Assembly (NCBI GenBank): GCA_021805735.1
Contig: JAJZEE010000002.1
Location: 284-64,283 of the forward strand
Origin: Bacillota bacterium
GTDB taxonomy: Bacteria > Bacillota > Bacilli > Alicyclobacillales > SLC66
Length of the DNA: 64,000 nucleotides
Direction of reading: 5' to 3'
The notes beneath the pieces were generated by a model. It was not told the DNA's origin. It was given only the letters and a program-made list of their open reading frames with translations, and ran no database searches. Positions 38,601 through 47,107 of the stretch are shown here, in pieces; positions within the stretch are counted from its first letter, which is position 1, and each line of letters begins with the position of its first letter. Both the position numbers and the translations under genes were made by a program.

Positions 38601-38761
38601 GGCGCAACCGTCTGTTTGGCCATGGCGCTTGGCGGGAGGCGGTCATTGACGGTATACGCCGTGACAGCCCCGCCGATAATGAGCGCCGATGCGCCAATCT
38701 TCATAGTGCGACCTATGTAGCGGTTGGCGGAAAAGAGCATTGTGAAATCCGCCTTTCTCAA
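35600..38761 (-). CDS. HlyD/AcrA-type membrane-fusion (periplasmic adaptor) protein with giant coiled-coil insert and His/Lys-rich tail
   Basis: 1053 aa with an N-terminal TM. The lipoyl halves VNLASRVTGVLQSVNVSVGQKVTQGQVLAQL and IRAPFNGVVTAVNSVQGDSV are separated by about 620 Ala/Gln-rich residues. A beta-barrel region follows, then the tail KHGHKHGKGAHKKKRGAHKHHKG. The start codon is uncertain (alternatives MLFS and MKIG). Confidence 0.8.
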   Translation of the reverse strand: MRKADFTMLFSANRYIGRTMKIGASALIIGGAVTAYTVNDRLPPSAMAKQTVAPKSVYVQTATAKVGTIQQTVPLSGYVVSPQMVNLASRVTGVLQSVNVSVGQKVTQGQVLAQLNAASEQAQLQIAQGTLAGAEGKLSQGEQPANPVSLSIARDAVALTQEKLRAIDAGPLPAKIAQARAAVAANASALAQLKQQAVLVGSAHGPQAIALRDARDALRSLSTARSPLALAVNNATLALHSLTSGAAPQNVAVTTQQQTVNANNANLQAAKNALSLIQSNSSAPGTTVANDQTALKEAQQNVLSLQQQFQQATAGATVTATTKEAIQVAQNNVTYVQSPTSPQGTAVNNDEQSLTTAQANLAALQFQVQQPPANGSTLAQVSVAESNVSAVENNASPQGVAVANDQSALAAAQSTLASLQTQLQQAESNPSPDAATIASLESQISATQAAISQDQAKLAEDQATWNTDIQNAQNQLTIAEAAAQQQASGTLSSLQSQVAAAQNAVAQAQAKVAVDQAAWSAAIMQAQNQFNQAEAVAQTEIQTAVTTLQDQLSTAQEAEVTAQNKLAFDQASWTDAISQAENQVSTASALAQELDAANQGKLVLLRSQEQQAVQTANATLATAKAQYAQALRTAEQAVAVAKANDISAVQRMQAGLIKAESALSASRGALSALNAPPQSVVVAEAKTAIAAAQSKVQLLLHPYNSGTLQSLRGAVAVAQGKLTLAQEALTNTVIRAPFNGVVTAVNSVQGDSVAAQKTVISMVGNRLEIQANMSQQDINQVRAGDSVQFTLPFDANQSFPGTVVSVSPTANPQTLAFTVSVIPRRKITGLAAGETAYMQVITSSDTHAVLIPTAAIVTQSGTPQVFEAQNGRALLKDVVTGATQGSWTQISSGVSAGDKVVTLGQTFLAPGDRVTVANAISRLTSAAASKRRHRKTGSSPGASSGNQGVTGSSTKNTVDTSSGASTTQNSGRALTAASTGTASHQGSSSHKVKGKHGHKHGKGAHKKKRGAHKHHKGVRKHKKGARKRKLAQQAPASSKASTATSGASGGSAT

Positions 38762-38909
38762 TTCTGAGTGTTGGCAGTATGTACATGAAAGGGGCCCATC
38801 GGCTGTTGATGTACACTACGGATTTTTGCTTGAAATTTGCTTGACGCCAGTAGAATAGACCCGCATGATGGGGCGTGCGCAGGCGCGCCATGTGAAAGGA
38901 GAAATTGCT

Positions 38910-39836
38910 GTGCGGTTGACGGATCGGCACGAGGTGGTGCGCGCGTTGACCGTGGCTGGATCTGACAGCGGCGGTGGAGCGGGCATTCAGGCAGATCTTA
39001 AGACGTTTGCTGCTTTCGAGGTCTTTGGCGCCGCCTGTTTGACATCGGTGACAGCGCAAAACACCGTAGGAGTTCAGGGTGTGTACGAGGTTGCGCCCGA
39101 ATTTGTCACGCTGCAATTGAGGTCGGTGATGGAGGACATCGGGGCGCACGCGGTTAAAACAGGGATGCTCGGCAATGCCGAAGTCACGCGCGCTGTAGTC
39201 GTCGCTCTGGAAGAGTATGGCGCGCGGAATGTTGTCGTAGATCCGGTCATGGTGGCCAAAGGTGGCGAGTCTCTCCTTGACAGGGATGCGATCGGCCTGT
39301 TCAAATCGCAAGTATTCAAGATTGCGACAGTCGTTACGCCCAATTTGCCTGAGGCGGAAATTCTTTGTGGATATCCTCTGCGTTCCTGGAATGATCGCCT
39401 GCGGGCAGCCCAAGACATAGCGCGCATGGGACCTCGTGTAGTTGTCATAAAGGGTGGACATGTTCCGGAGTACGGCGATGACGCGACCAACAATGTCCCT
39501 GGAGGTGTACCAGCGGATGTTGTGGACCTCGTGTTTGACGGGCAGTTATTTACGACCTTTCATGCACCGCGCGTAGAGAGTCGCAAGACTCACGGCACGG
39601 GGTGCACATTTTCGGCGGCGATCACTGCCTGTCTGGCTAATGGGATGGACGTTCTGGACGCCGTCGCATCTGCCAAGGCGTACGTATCCGATGCGGTCGC
39701 AGCCGCCGCTCATTGGGACATAGGCGCGGGGCACGGTCCGACGGATCACTCCGTGGCAGTGAGGCGGGCCAGTGGAATCAAACCCGGCGGCATGTATCGC
39801 AGACTTCATGGGGAATGGGTGCGACAAGAGGTGTGA
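38910..39836 (+). CDS. thiD: Hydroxymethylpyrimidine/phosphomethylpyrimidine kinase
   Basis: Start set at GTG 38910, after AAAGGAG. Contains ALTVAGSDSGGGAGIQADLKTF and THGTGCTFSAAI. Confidence 0.9.
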   Translation: MRLTDRHEVVRALTVAGSDSGGGAGIQADLKTFAAFEVFGAACLTSVTAQNTVGVQGVYEVAPEFVTLQLRSVMEDIGAHAVKTGMLGNAEVTRAVVVALEEYGARNVVVDPVMVAKGGESLLDRDAIGLFKSQVFKIATVVTPNLPEAEILCGYPLRSWNDRLRAAQDIARMGPRVVVIKGGHVPEYGDDATNNVPGGVPADVVDLVFDGQLFTTFHAPRVESRKTHGTGCTFSAAITACLANGMDVLDAVASAKAYVSDAVAAAAHWDIGAGHGPTDHSVAVRRASGIKPGGMYRRLHGEWVRQEV

Positions 39837-39872
39837 CAGAGATCAGAAAAGATTTAAGGGAGATGCGCAGGC

Positions 39873-40061
39873 ATGGGTATTGCAGAACCTGTCTCGCATT
39901 GGTTGGAACAGGTGCGTAAACAGAGGCCGCTCGTCCACAACATCACGAATGTGATGGTAACCAATGTGGTCGCCAATGCTCTGCTCGCCATTGGCGTTTA
40001 CCCGGTCATGGCTTACGCTCCGGCGGATCGAGTTGCACGCGTGGATCTTTTGGAGGTGTGA
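39873..40061 (+). pseudogene. thiM: Truncated hydroxyethylthiazole kinase (only about the first 55 codons retained)
   Basis: [33 protein letters not shown] matches the ThiM N-terminus. The ORF stops after 62 aa, whereas ThiM is about 265-270 aa. Confidence 0.65.
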
Positions 40062-40065
40062 GAGA

Positions 40066-40749
40066 GTGACGACCACTGGAAAAACCAACGAATGGCTGCG
40101 CAACAGTCTGCGCCTGTACGTGGTGACCGATGAACGTCAGAACGTCCAGAGCCTGGAGACCGTTTTGGCTGAGGCGATAGCTGGTGGTGCAACGGCTGTG
40201 CAGCTGCGTCGCAAAGGGGACTTGGGCCGCAGATTTGTGGAGATTGGACGTGCAGTCAAACGGATAACCGCGCAAGCGGGCGTGCTGTTTGTCGTCAATG
40301 ACCGCGTGGATATCGCGCTCTTGGTAGACGCCGACGCTGTGCATGTGGGTCAGGACGATATTTCCTGTCGTGATGTCCGGCGTCTGGTTCCCCACAAAAT
40401 CATCGGCGTCTCCGCCTCCAATGTGCGGGAGGCGCTCGCGGCAGAGGACGAAGGGGCTGATTATCTGGGGGTGGGGGCGCTATTTGCCACTCGCTCCAAA
40501 CCGGACGCGGATGCCTCGAGTTTGGATGAATTGCGTCAAATCGCGAGGGCAGTCAAGATCCCGATCGTCGGTATTGGCGGTATTGACCAGGGAAACGCTG
40601 CCGCTGTTCTGGAGGCGGGCGCCGATGGGGTCGCAGTCGTATCGGCGGTTTTGAGCGCCGTAAACCCGCAAAACGCCAGTCGGGGATTGCGACAGTGTGT
40701 TGAGCGTTCGTTTCAGGGTCGGCAGCACGAACTGGACCCGGACGCGTGA
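40066..40749 (+). CDS. thiE: Thiamine-phosphate synthase
   Basis: Start set at GTG 40066, after GGAGGTG. Contains LYVVTDE, AVQLRRKG, VNDRVDIAL, DAVHVGQDD, and GVGALFAT. Confidence 0.9.
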   Translation: MTTTGKTNEWLRNSLRLYVVTDERQNVQSLETVLAEAIAGGATAVQLRRKGDLGRRFVEIGRAVKRITAQAGVLFVVNDRVDIALLVDADAVHVGQDDISCRDVRRLVPHKIIGVSASNVREALAAEDEGADYLGVGALFATRSKPDADASSLDELRQIARAVKIPIVGIGGIDQGNAAAVLEAGADGVAVVSAVLSAVNPQNASRGLRQCVERSFQGRQHELDPDA

Positions 40750-40851
40750 ATGTCTGCAGGGAGACGGGAAGCGTATGTACGCCACATGTGAAGTGCAGTA
40801 TACTGCAAATAATTCCTTTCTCGGAAACGGAGCGATGTTAATCAGGAGGGT

Positions 40852-42681
40852 GTGTGTGAAGTGCGCATAGGATGGCGCTCCCCGCGTCTCCGGAATCTTG
40901 CGCTGGGCAGGCCCTATACCATTGGCGCCCAGTGGCCGGATGCGCTGTTCAGCCAGACGGAGCAGCAACAATACCCCGACACCGGACAGCTTACCGATGG
41001 CCATACGGGCGATCTGAACGTGAAGGACCCAGGTTGGATGGGTTTGCTTCGCCAGTATGGACGCAGCATAGTGATCGATCTCGGTCAGGCTCAGGATGTG
41101 CGTTCGGTGGAGTTGCGGTTTTTGCAAAACCTGCGAGCTGGCATCCAGTTTCCTGACGCAGTTCGTTTCTACGCATCTGTAGACGGCGCGCGTTGGCACG
41201 TAGTGGGGGCATGCGGCGATCAGTCGAGACGGGGCGCGGAGACGCCGCAAATCCAGGTCTTTTCCACGGAGATGCACGGTAATGCGCAGTACATGCGGGT
41301 GCAGTTTACGGCCAAAGTATACGCGTTCATGGATGAGTGTTACGTGTACGGATACGTTGGTTCAGATCCCGACGCCGACCCGCTGCCGGGTGTCGGGTTG
41401 ACAGAACTGATGGGCGTCAACTACCTCGTTGATCCCCATTCTCCGAACGCAGGCGGGGTCCTCGGGATACGCCATGCTCCCGCCAGACCCTCCGGTGCAA
41501 CAGCAAGTTCCACTGACAGTTCCGCTTCCGCAGTCATCGTCGATTTCTCGGACACGCGAACCTCCCACCCCCTTCCGGTCGATGGCGCTGAAAAGGGTGA
41601 CGCCCTTTCCATTGCGCCGCCCAGCCAGGACGTTCCGTCAGCATCGGGTTATCTGACTAGTGGACATCCGGTGAGCGGCGGCGTCAACCATATGCAACTC
41701 GTGTACACGGGCTCCGGCGATTCGCTCGGAACGTGGACCGCAGAGGATTTTACACCCATGATTGCGCAGATCGGAGACGATGGTCAGCCCGTTCGATGGC
41801 TGTTTGACGCCACCCTTTTTGGCCCCTATGGGAAGATGCCGACCAGCGCCGCCGCTTGGTCAGCCTGGCTGCATGAGCTGTTTTCTCCCCGCGTCAACCT
41901 GGACGCTCTCGATCAGACCGTAGGGCAACTGAAACAGACCTTCGCTGATCCATACTTCCAGGAGAAAGTTGTACTAACACTTCCGTCGACGATTGCAGGC
42001 CCTGCCGACTTTGGTTCGATTGCTGCGGGAACGGAGTCTCTAAACATGAATCCTGGCGATGTCGGCTTTGAATCTGCGGTTGTCAACAAATTGGAAGCTC
42101 TTCGGTGGATCATGCAGCAGGAGCTAAAGCGATGGCGCCAGACCAATTTGAAACATCTCCAGCTCGCGGGATTCTACTGGAGACCCGAGTCAGTCAACGT
42201 CAATGATCCCTACGATCCATGGCTCATCGAGCAGATAGCGGCCGATGTTCACGCCGAAGGGCTTCGTTTCTACTGGATTCCGTTTTATGGAGCGGTTGGG
42301 GTGACCGTAGCACGGCAATTAGGGTTTGACGCAGTGATGATCCAGCCTAACGTCTCGTTTAACTGGAATATAGACGCACGACAACGGTTGCGATCTGTCA
42401 GTGACATGGCTCAGTTTTATCAGATGGGGGTGGAAATCGAACTGCACTGGGACATCACAAACAGGAACAGTTCAGCGCATGCCCAGACAGCGCTCTCCAG
42501 ATACGACGACTATTTCACTGCAGGCCAGCAGTACGGATACGGGGGCCCTGTGACAAAGGCCTACTACCTGAACTCAAAGTCCCTGGTTCAGTGCAGTCGC
42601 AGTGCTGATCCGCTACCTCGTCAGGCGTATGTCGACACGGTAGCTTTCGTCCGCGATGAGTGGATTCGCGCTGTTCTGTAG
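40852..42681 (+). CDS. Protein with discoidin (F5/8 type C)-like N-domain and DUF4855-like C-domain
   Basis: 609 aa. Contains NLALGRPYT...LTDGHTG...IVIDLG...SVDGARW. The C-terminal part has FYWIPFYGA. The domain names come from memory of family patterns. Confidence 0.55.
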   Translation: MCEVRIGWRSPRLRNLALGRPYTIGAQWPDALFSQTEQQQYPDTGQLTDGHTGDLNVKDPGWMGLLRQYGRSIVIDLGQAQDVRSVELRFLQNLRAGIQFPDAVRFYASVDGARWHVVGACGDQSRRGAETPQIQVFSTEMHGNAQYMRVQFTAKVYAFMDECYVYGYVGSDPDADPLPGVGLTELMGVNYLVDPHSPNAGGVLGIRHAPARPSGATASSTDSSASAVIVDFSDTRTSHPLPVDGAEKGDALSIAPPSQDVPSASGYLTSGHPVSGGVNHMQLVYTGSGDSLGTWTAEDFTPMIAQIGDDGQPVRWLFDATLFGPYGKMPTSAAAWSAWLHELFSPRVNLDALDQTVGQLKQTFADPYFQEKVVLTLPSTIAGPADFGSIAAGTESLNMNPGDVGFESAVVNKLEALRWIMQQELKRWRQTNLKHLQLAGFYWRPESVNVNDPYDPWLIEQIAADVHAEGLRFYWIPFYGAVGVTVARQLGFDAVMIQPNVSFNWNIDARQRLRSVSDMAQFYQMGVEIELHWDITNRNSSAHAQTALSRYDDYFTAGQQYGYGGPVTKAYYLNSKSLVQCSRSADPLPRQAYVDTVAFVRDEWIRAVL

Positions 42682-42823
42682 CGTTGATTTGAGACGCCCT
42701 TCCCGATCAAAAAAAATAATGTGATTATGTGATCCAATAGACTAGAAGACACGTGCGGTTATTTGGTATAATCATCAAGATAATGGTTTGTATTGTCAAT
42801 CGAACGGGTTGGTGGGGGTTCAG

Positions 42824-42988
42824 ATGTTCAAACAGTTATTTAAACGCAAACCACAAGTGGTCAACGGAAGACGGGTCTGCGTCGAGTGCGGCGTACCACT
42901 GCAGGAACATCAGGACAAGCTGTGTTTTAGGTGCCTGGAGAAGAAGGCGCTCGCAATCATGGATCGCATGAAAAAGTACAATTATTGA
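42824..42988 (+). CDS. Small zinc-ribbon protein (hypothetical)
   Basis: ATG 42824 follows GGTGGGGG. 54 aa with CVECG...CFRC. Confidence 0.4.
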   Translation: MFKQLFKRKPQVVNGRRVCVECGVPLQEHQDKLCFRCLEKKALAIMDRMKKYNY

Positions 42989-43018
42989 GAATCGGCGCCG
43001 TGCCATGCCCTGGCGCTT

Positions 43019-43045
43019 GCACCCCGATACGCTGTATCGGGGTGC
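43019..43045 (+). terminator. Strong stem-loop after the small zinc-ribbon ORF
   Basis: GCACCCCGATAC-GCT-GTATCGGGGTGC, a 12-bp stem. There is no clear T-tract. Confidence 0.45.
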
Positions 43046-43272
43046 ATATTCATCTGCGCAATCAATGTGCCCGGCTGTTTGGCTAAGGGACAGATCCCCA
43101 CATCCACCCCCGCGATTCCTAGAGCCACCCCTACCAGTAGCGCCTCGGCGCCGTACAGCAACCTCTGGTGTATGGATTTGAAGGGATTCCCCTGGACAGT
43201 TCTCTGTGACGCAGATGGGTCAGTCCTGATATAATGACGATATCGCAATAGTTTGGATAGGAGAGATCTGTC

Positions 43273-43974
43273 ATGCAACACATCCTGGTCGTTGATGATG
43301 AAGAGCCGATCGCAGAGATCTTGCGCTTTCAGTTGGAGAAGGCGGGATACTCAGTAAGTGTTGCTCCCGATGGAGAGGCGGCCGTAGCCTTTGTCAATCA
43401 TTCACCGACGGCCGTTGACCTGATTTTGCTGGATCTCATGCTGCCAAAGAAAGATGGCTTCGAGGTGTGCAAAGAGGTGCGTCAATTTTCCTCGGTGCCC
43501 ATCATTATCCTGACAGCCCGCGACGCGGAATTGGATAAGGTTCTCGGTCTCGAACTCGGTGCGGATGACTACGTGACCAAGCCATTTAGCGCCCGTGAAC
43601 TGCTCGCGCGCGTGAAAGCGAACCTGCGTCGGCAACTCGCATTGGCGGAAGATGTGGAGGCTGGGAAACGGGAACAACTGCAGGTCGGGGATCTGATCAT
43701 CGATCCAAAGACCATTCAGGTATTTCGAGCAGGGGTAGAGGTTATTTTGACCCATCGCGAATTTGAACTTCTCTTTTACATGGCGAAGCATCCCGGCATT
43801 GTGTATTCGCGGGAACAACTGCTCCAGGATGTGTGGGGTTATGACTATTTTGGAGATGAACGAACTGTGGACGTAACTATCCGCCGCCTGCGCGAAAAGT
43901 TGGAAGAGGATCCGGGCAACCCCGCCTACATCTTGACCAGACGCGGAGCGGGCTATCTCTTCCGGCGCGGTTAG
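43273..43974 (+). CDS. walR: Essential-type OmpR-family response regulator WalR/YycF
   Basis: 233 aa. Contains ILVVDDEEPI and LDLMLPKKDG, plus a winged-helix C-terminus. Synteny with walK-yycHIJ supports the call. Confidence 0.92.
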   Translation: MQHILVVDDEEPIAEILRFQLEKAGYSVSVAPDGEAAVAFVNHSPTAVDLILLDLMLPKKDGFEVCKEVRQFSSVPIIILTARDAELDKVLGLELGADDYVTKPFSARELLARVKANLRRQLALAEDVEAGKREQLQVGDLIIDPKTIQVFRAGVEVILTHREFELLFYMAKHPGIVYSREQLLQDVWGYDYFGDERTVDVTIRRLREKLEEDPGNPAYILTRRGAGYLFRRG

Positions 43975-43985
43975 GGGTTCGGACG

Positions 43986-45773
43986 ATGTTCCAAAGTGTG
44001 CGCTATAAACTCATGGCGGTCTATCTCCTTTTGATCCTGTTCGCCATGCAATTGATCGGCGGGTATTTTATTCAATCTCTGAACAACTATTTTATCAATA
44101 ATTATACAAAAACGATTGCGCATGAAGCGCTGTTTCTCGCCAATCTCGTCAGTCTGCCGATGAGTGATCCGACTGGCAAGGAACCCAATCTGCTCAATGT
44201 ATTGCAACCGTTCTCTGAGTTGGCCAACGCGAGTGTCTACGTCCTTGACAAGGATGGCAACGTCGTCGGAACATCGGCCAATCCGTTTATCGTCGGGCAA
44301 AAACGCGTCGACCCGGAAGTTACCGAAGCCCTGCTGGGTCTGCAAACACAACAGATCGCGCTCGATCCGCGAACTCGCCAGCGTTACCTGTATCTCGCTG
44401 TTCCGGTCCGCTATCGGAACCGCGTCAGAGGGGCGGTTGAAATTGTCGCTCCCATGAATGGCGTGTATCAATCCATATCCCGCATCATTATCATTTTTGC
44501 TACAGGCACCCTCATTGCTCTTGGTTTGACAGCGCTGTTGGCGGCGATTATCGCGAGGACCATCACAGGCCCCATCACAGCGATTACCAGAACGGCCAGG
44601 GCCTTGGCGGGCGGGGATTTTGATCAGGTTGTCGATATTTATTCAAATGATGAAATTGGCGAATTGGCGTCCACGTTTAACATGCTCACGCGCCGATTGA
44701 AGCAGGCCATGCGCAGCACGGAGCGAGAAAAGAGACGATTGCAGGCAGTCATGTCGACCATGAGCGACGGCGTGATCGCAACAAGCCCGATGAACGATAT
44801 TCTCCTGATCAACCCCGCCGCGTCGCAGTTGCTTCGCGCCGCCCATCCTGTCATCGGACATCAGCTATCGGAAGTATTGCCGGGAACGTTTGCCGCCGGC
44901 GACCATCAATTGGTTGAAGTGGGGGGCAAATACCTCTCGGTCTCCGTGATGGCCTTGGATCGTGAACGATCAGAGGCCAACGCCGGTATGGCGTTAGACC
45001 GTAGAGCGGTGGATAGCCAGGGCGGACAGGTTCTGGTTATGCGAGACGTAACGGAGGAAACGCGACTCGAGGCCGCCCGCAAGCGTTTTGTAGCGGATGT
45101 ATCCCATGAACTGCGCACGCCGCTTACCACAATCAAGAGTTACGTAGAAGCTTTGCTTGAAGGGGCGTATCAGGATAAAGATCTGGCCCTGCACTTTCTT
45201 CAGGTCATGGATCGCGAAACCAACCGGATGATCCGATTGATTCGGGATTTATTGCAACTCTCAAGGTTTGACGCCGGATATGAACGTTTGCGTCGTGAAT
45301 CAGTGTCGATTCAGGAAGTGATCAATGGTCTGGCTGAGCGTTTTGCGCTGCTGGCGTTTGAGGCTGAGGTGCAGTTTGTGGTGAATGCGCCAGATCGCGC
45401 GGTGGTGAACATCGATCGGGACAGGTTTGATCAGGTTCTGGATAATGTTGTGTCAAATTCCCTGAAATACACGCCTAAACATGGGGTTATTACGGTGACT
45501 GCCTCGGTCGATCGAGACGCGCGGCAGGTGACTTTCCGGTTACAGGACAATGGATCGGGGATTGCGGTTCAGGAATTGCCGAATATTTTCGATCGCTTTT
45601 ACAGGGTCGATAAAGCTCGATCGCGTCACCTTGGCGGCACAGGGCTTGGCCTGTCGATTGCACAGGAGATTGTGAGGGCGCATGGGGGAGAGATTGTCGT
45701 GGAGAGCCGCGTTGGAGAGGGAACCACCGTGCGCATTTCTCTTCCCGTTGAAGGAGGCGAAGGGTTCCTGTGA
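43986..45773 (+). CDS. walK: Sensor histidine kinase WalK/YycG
   Basis: 595 aa with two TMs, HAMP and PAS regions. Contains H-box SHELRTPLTTIKSY and the N/G boxes. Confidence 0.92.
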   Translation: MFQSVRYKLMAVYLLLILFAMQLIGGYFIQSLNNYFINNYTKTIAHEALFLANLVSLPMSDPTGKEPNLLNVLQPFSELANASVYVLDKDGNVVGTSANPFIVGQKRVDPEVTEALLGLQTQQIALDPRTRQRYLYLAVPVRYRNRVRGAVEIVAPMNGVYQSISRIIIIFATGTLIALGLTALLAAIIARTITGPITAITRTARALAGGDFDQVVDIYSNDEIGELASTFNMLTRRLKQAMRSTEREKRRLQAVMSTMSDGVIATSPMNDILLINPAASQLLRAAHPVIGHQLSEVLPGTFAAGDHQLVEVGGKYLSVSVMALDRERSEANAGMALDRRAVDSQGGQVLVMRDVTEETRLEAARKRFVADVSHELRTPLTTIKSYVEALLEGAYQDKDLALHFLQVMDRETNRMIRLIRDLLQLSRFDAGYERLRRESVSIQEVINGLAERFALLAFEAEVQFVVNAPDRAVVNIDRDRFDQVLDNVVSNSLKYTPKHGVITVTASVDRDARQVTFRLQDNGSGIAVQELPNIFDRFYRVDKARSRHLGGTGLGLSIAQEIVRAHGGEIVVESRVGEGTTVRISLPVEGGEGFL

Positions 45774-47104
45774 AGAAACATTTGGCGATGCCTCGAGTTG
45801 TTGAACCAGTCAAGACGGTTGCCTTGGCAGTCCTTGTCTGCGCCAGTGTGGTGCTGTCAACTCTGCTCTGGACCGGAACGTCAGGGCAGGTGACGATTGA
45901 CAGACCTACATTTTTCTCCAGCCCGTTGTATGGCCGACGTCAGGAGGCTGGAGATTTTGTGTTGCCTCAGTCAATCGGGATTTGGACTCGGGCGAACGAA
46001 TTGTTCAGGTTGGGCGGAACCAGCGCCACAGCAGCACAAATCGTCGCGGCTCTGAAACAGAGTCGCTTCGCGTCGGGCGTGTTGAAGAAAGGAACGGAGG
46101 GGAATATATCCCCGATACCTTCCAGCGGGCCTTATCTGGTGTTCAATTATGGCAATCTCTTATATGATGGATCATTGTGGGCGCTCGCGATGCCTGTACA
46201 CGGCAATCTGCCCAATATCCCAGCTTTTGGCCCCATCTATGTGACTCCCGGTTCGAAAGCGGCAAGCTGTATCGTGTCCTTTGCGACAGTCGGAGGCGTC
46301 TATCATGAGGTGCTGGACAATGTGCCTCACTCGCTGTTTGCGGACATGACTCCCAATGATCAGGCGGTGCCCTATGAGCAAATCCCCGTGAATCACGCGT
46401 TATTGCATTTACCTTACGCGGGGATCATGATGCGGGTTGATACGTGGACCCTGGCGCAGCCTGTCGCGTCACACATCATTGACTCCTACTTCGTCGATCC
46501 ATCGCTCATTCAAAATGTGCGGGGGTCTAAACGTTCAACTTTCTATTCCGATGGAACACGTGGTGTGCGCGTACAAGACGGCCCTTTTGGGAACGTTCTG
46601 ACGTATCGCTCGCCCAGCAGCCCGGTGAAGGGTTTTCAGCAGTCGATGGCTCAATCACTCCTGACCACAGTTCCTTTCATCGACAGTCACGGCGGATTCG
46701 TCGGCAGTGATGTTCTGCAGGGAATGCGACAGCTCACTTCAAGTTCTGAGACTGAGCTGGAATTTTCGGATATGATCGATGGCTGGCCTTTATTTGGCTC
46801 GCTGGATCGGATTTCCGTACGACTACAGAACGGCGTTGTGATCTGGCTGAATCGAAACCTCCCATACCTTGGCATGGAACTTAGCCAAGTGCGGCAGCGA
46901 ATTCTGTCGGGTACGCAATTGATTGCTGCCGTCGGCCAGAAGACACTGCGAGGAGTAACGAATATCACTCTCGGCTATGGCACAGTCGCCATCACTGAGT
47001 CGACGGTGGAGTGTGTGCCGGTGTATCTGCTGAAGTTTCGGGGGCGACCATCACTCTACTTGGATGCGCGCACCGGAAAACCATTCTTCGGAACGGGGAT
47101 GTAG
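45770..47104 (+). CDS. yycH: WalK regulator YycH
   Basis: 444 aa with an N-terminal TM. A GTGA overlap joins it to walK. Called by position in the operon. Confidence 0.75.
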   Translation: MKKHLAMPRVVEPVKTVALAVLVCASVVLSTLLWTGTSGQVTIDRPTFFSSPLYGRRQEAGDFVLPQSIGIWTRANELFRLGGTSATAAQIVAALKQSRFASGVLKKGTEGNISPIPSSGPYLVFNYGNLLYDGSLWALAMPVHGNLPNIPAFGPIYVTPGSKAASCIVSFATVGGVYHEVLDNVPHSLFADMTPNDQAVPYEQIPVNHALLHLPYAGIMMRVDTWTLAQPVASHIIDSYFVDPSLIQNVRGSKRSTFYSDGTRGVRVQDGPFGNVLTYRSPSSPVKGFQQSMAQSLLTTVPFIDSHGGFVGSDVLQGMRQLTSSSETELEFSDMIDGWPLFGSLDRISVRLQNGVVIWLNRNLPYLGMELSQVRQRILSGTQLIAAVGQKTLRGVTNITLGYGTVAITESTVECVPVYLLKFRGRPSLYLDARTGKPFFGTGM

Positions 47105-47107
47105 ACT

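Noticed and set aside
28882-38761. Many plus-strand ORFs inside the RND and MFP genes, for example 29875-30678, 30736-31245, 31288-31734, 32754-33371, 33465-34031, 33976-34416, 37073-37597 and 37652-38098.
   Set aside because: They are antisense shadows in GC-rich coding DNA. Their translations are Arg/Gly/His-rich and low-complexity with no motifs. The minus-strand genes carry clear RND and MFP signatures and coupled start and stop codons.
38762-38909. A possible TPP riboswitch or clear promoter upstream of thiD.
   Set aside because: There is no THI-box core (CUGAGA ... ACCUGAUCUGGAUAAUGCCAGCG-like). The TTGACG/TAGAAT elements have non-canonical spacing. The region is left unannotated.
38643-39461. 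A 272-aa minus-strand ORF antisense to thiD.
   Set aside because: The thiD motifs on the plus strand are unambiguous, and the antisense translation has no recognisable features.
40480-41277. A 265-aa minus-strand ORF spanning the thiE 3' end and the DUF4855-like 5' end.
   Set aside because: It overlaps two well-supported plus-strand genes and has no motifs. It is a typical shadow ORF.
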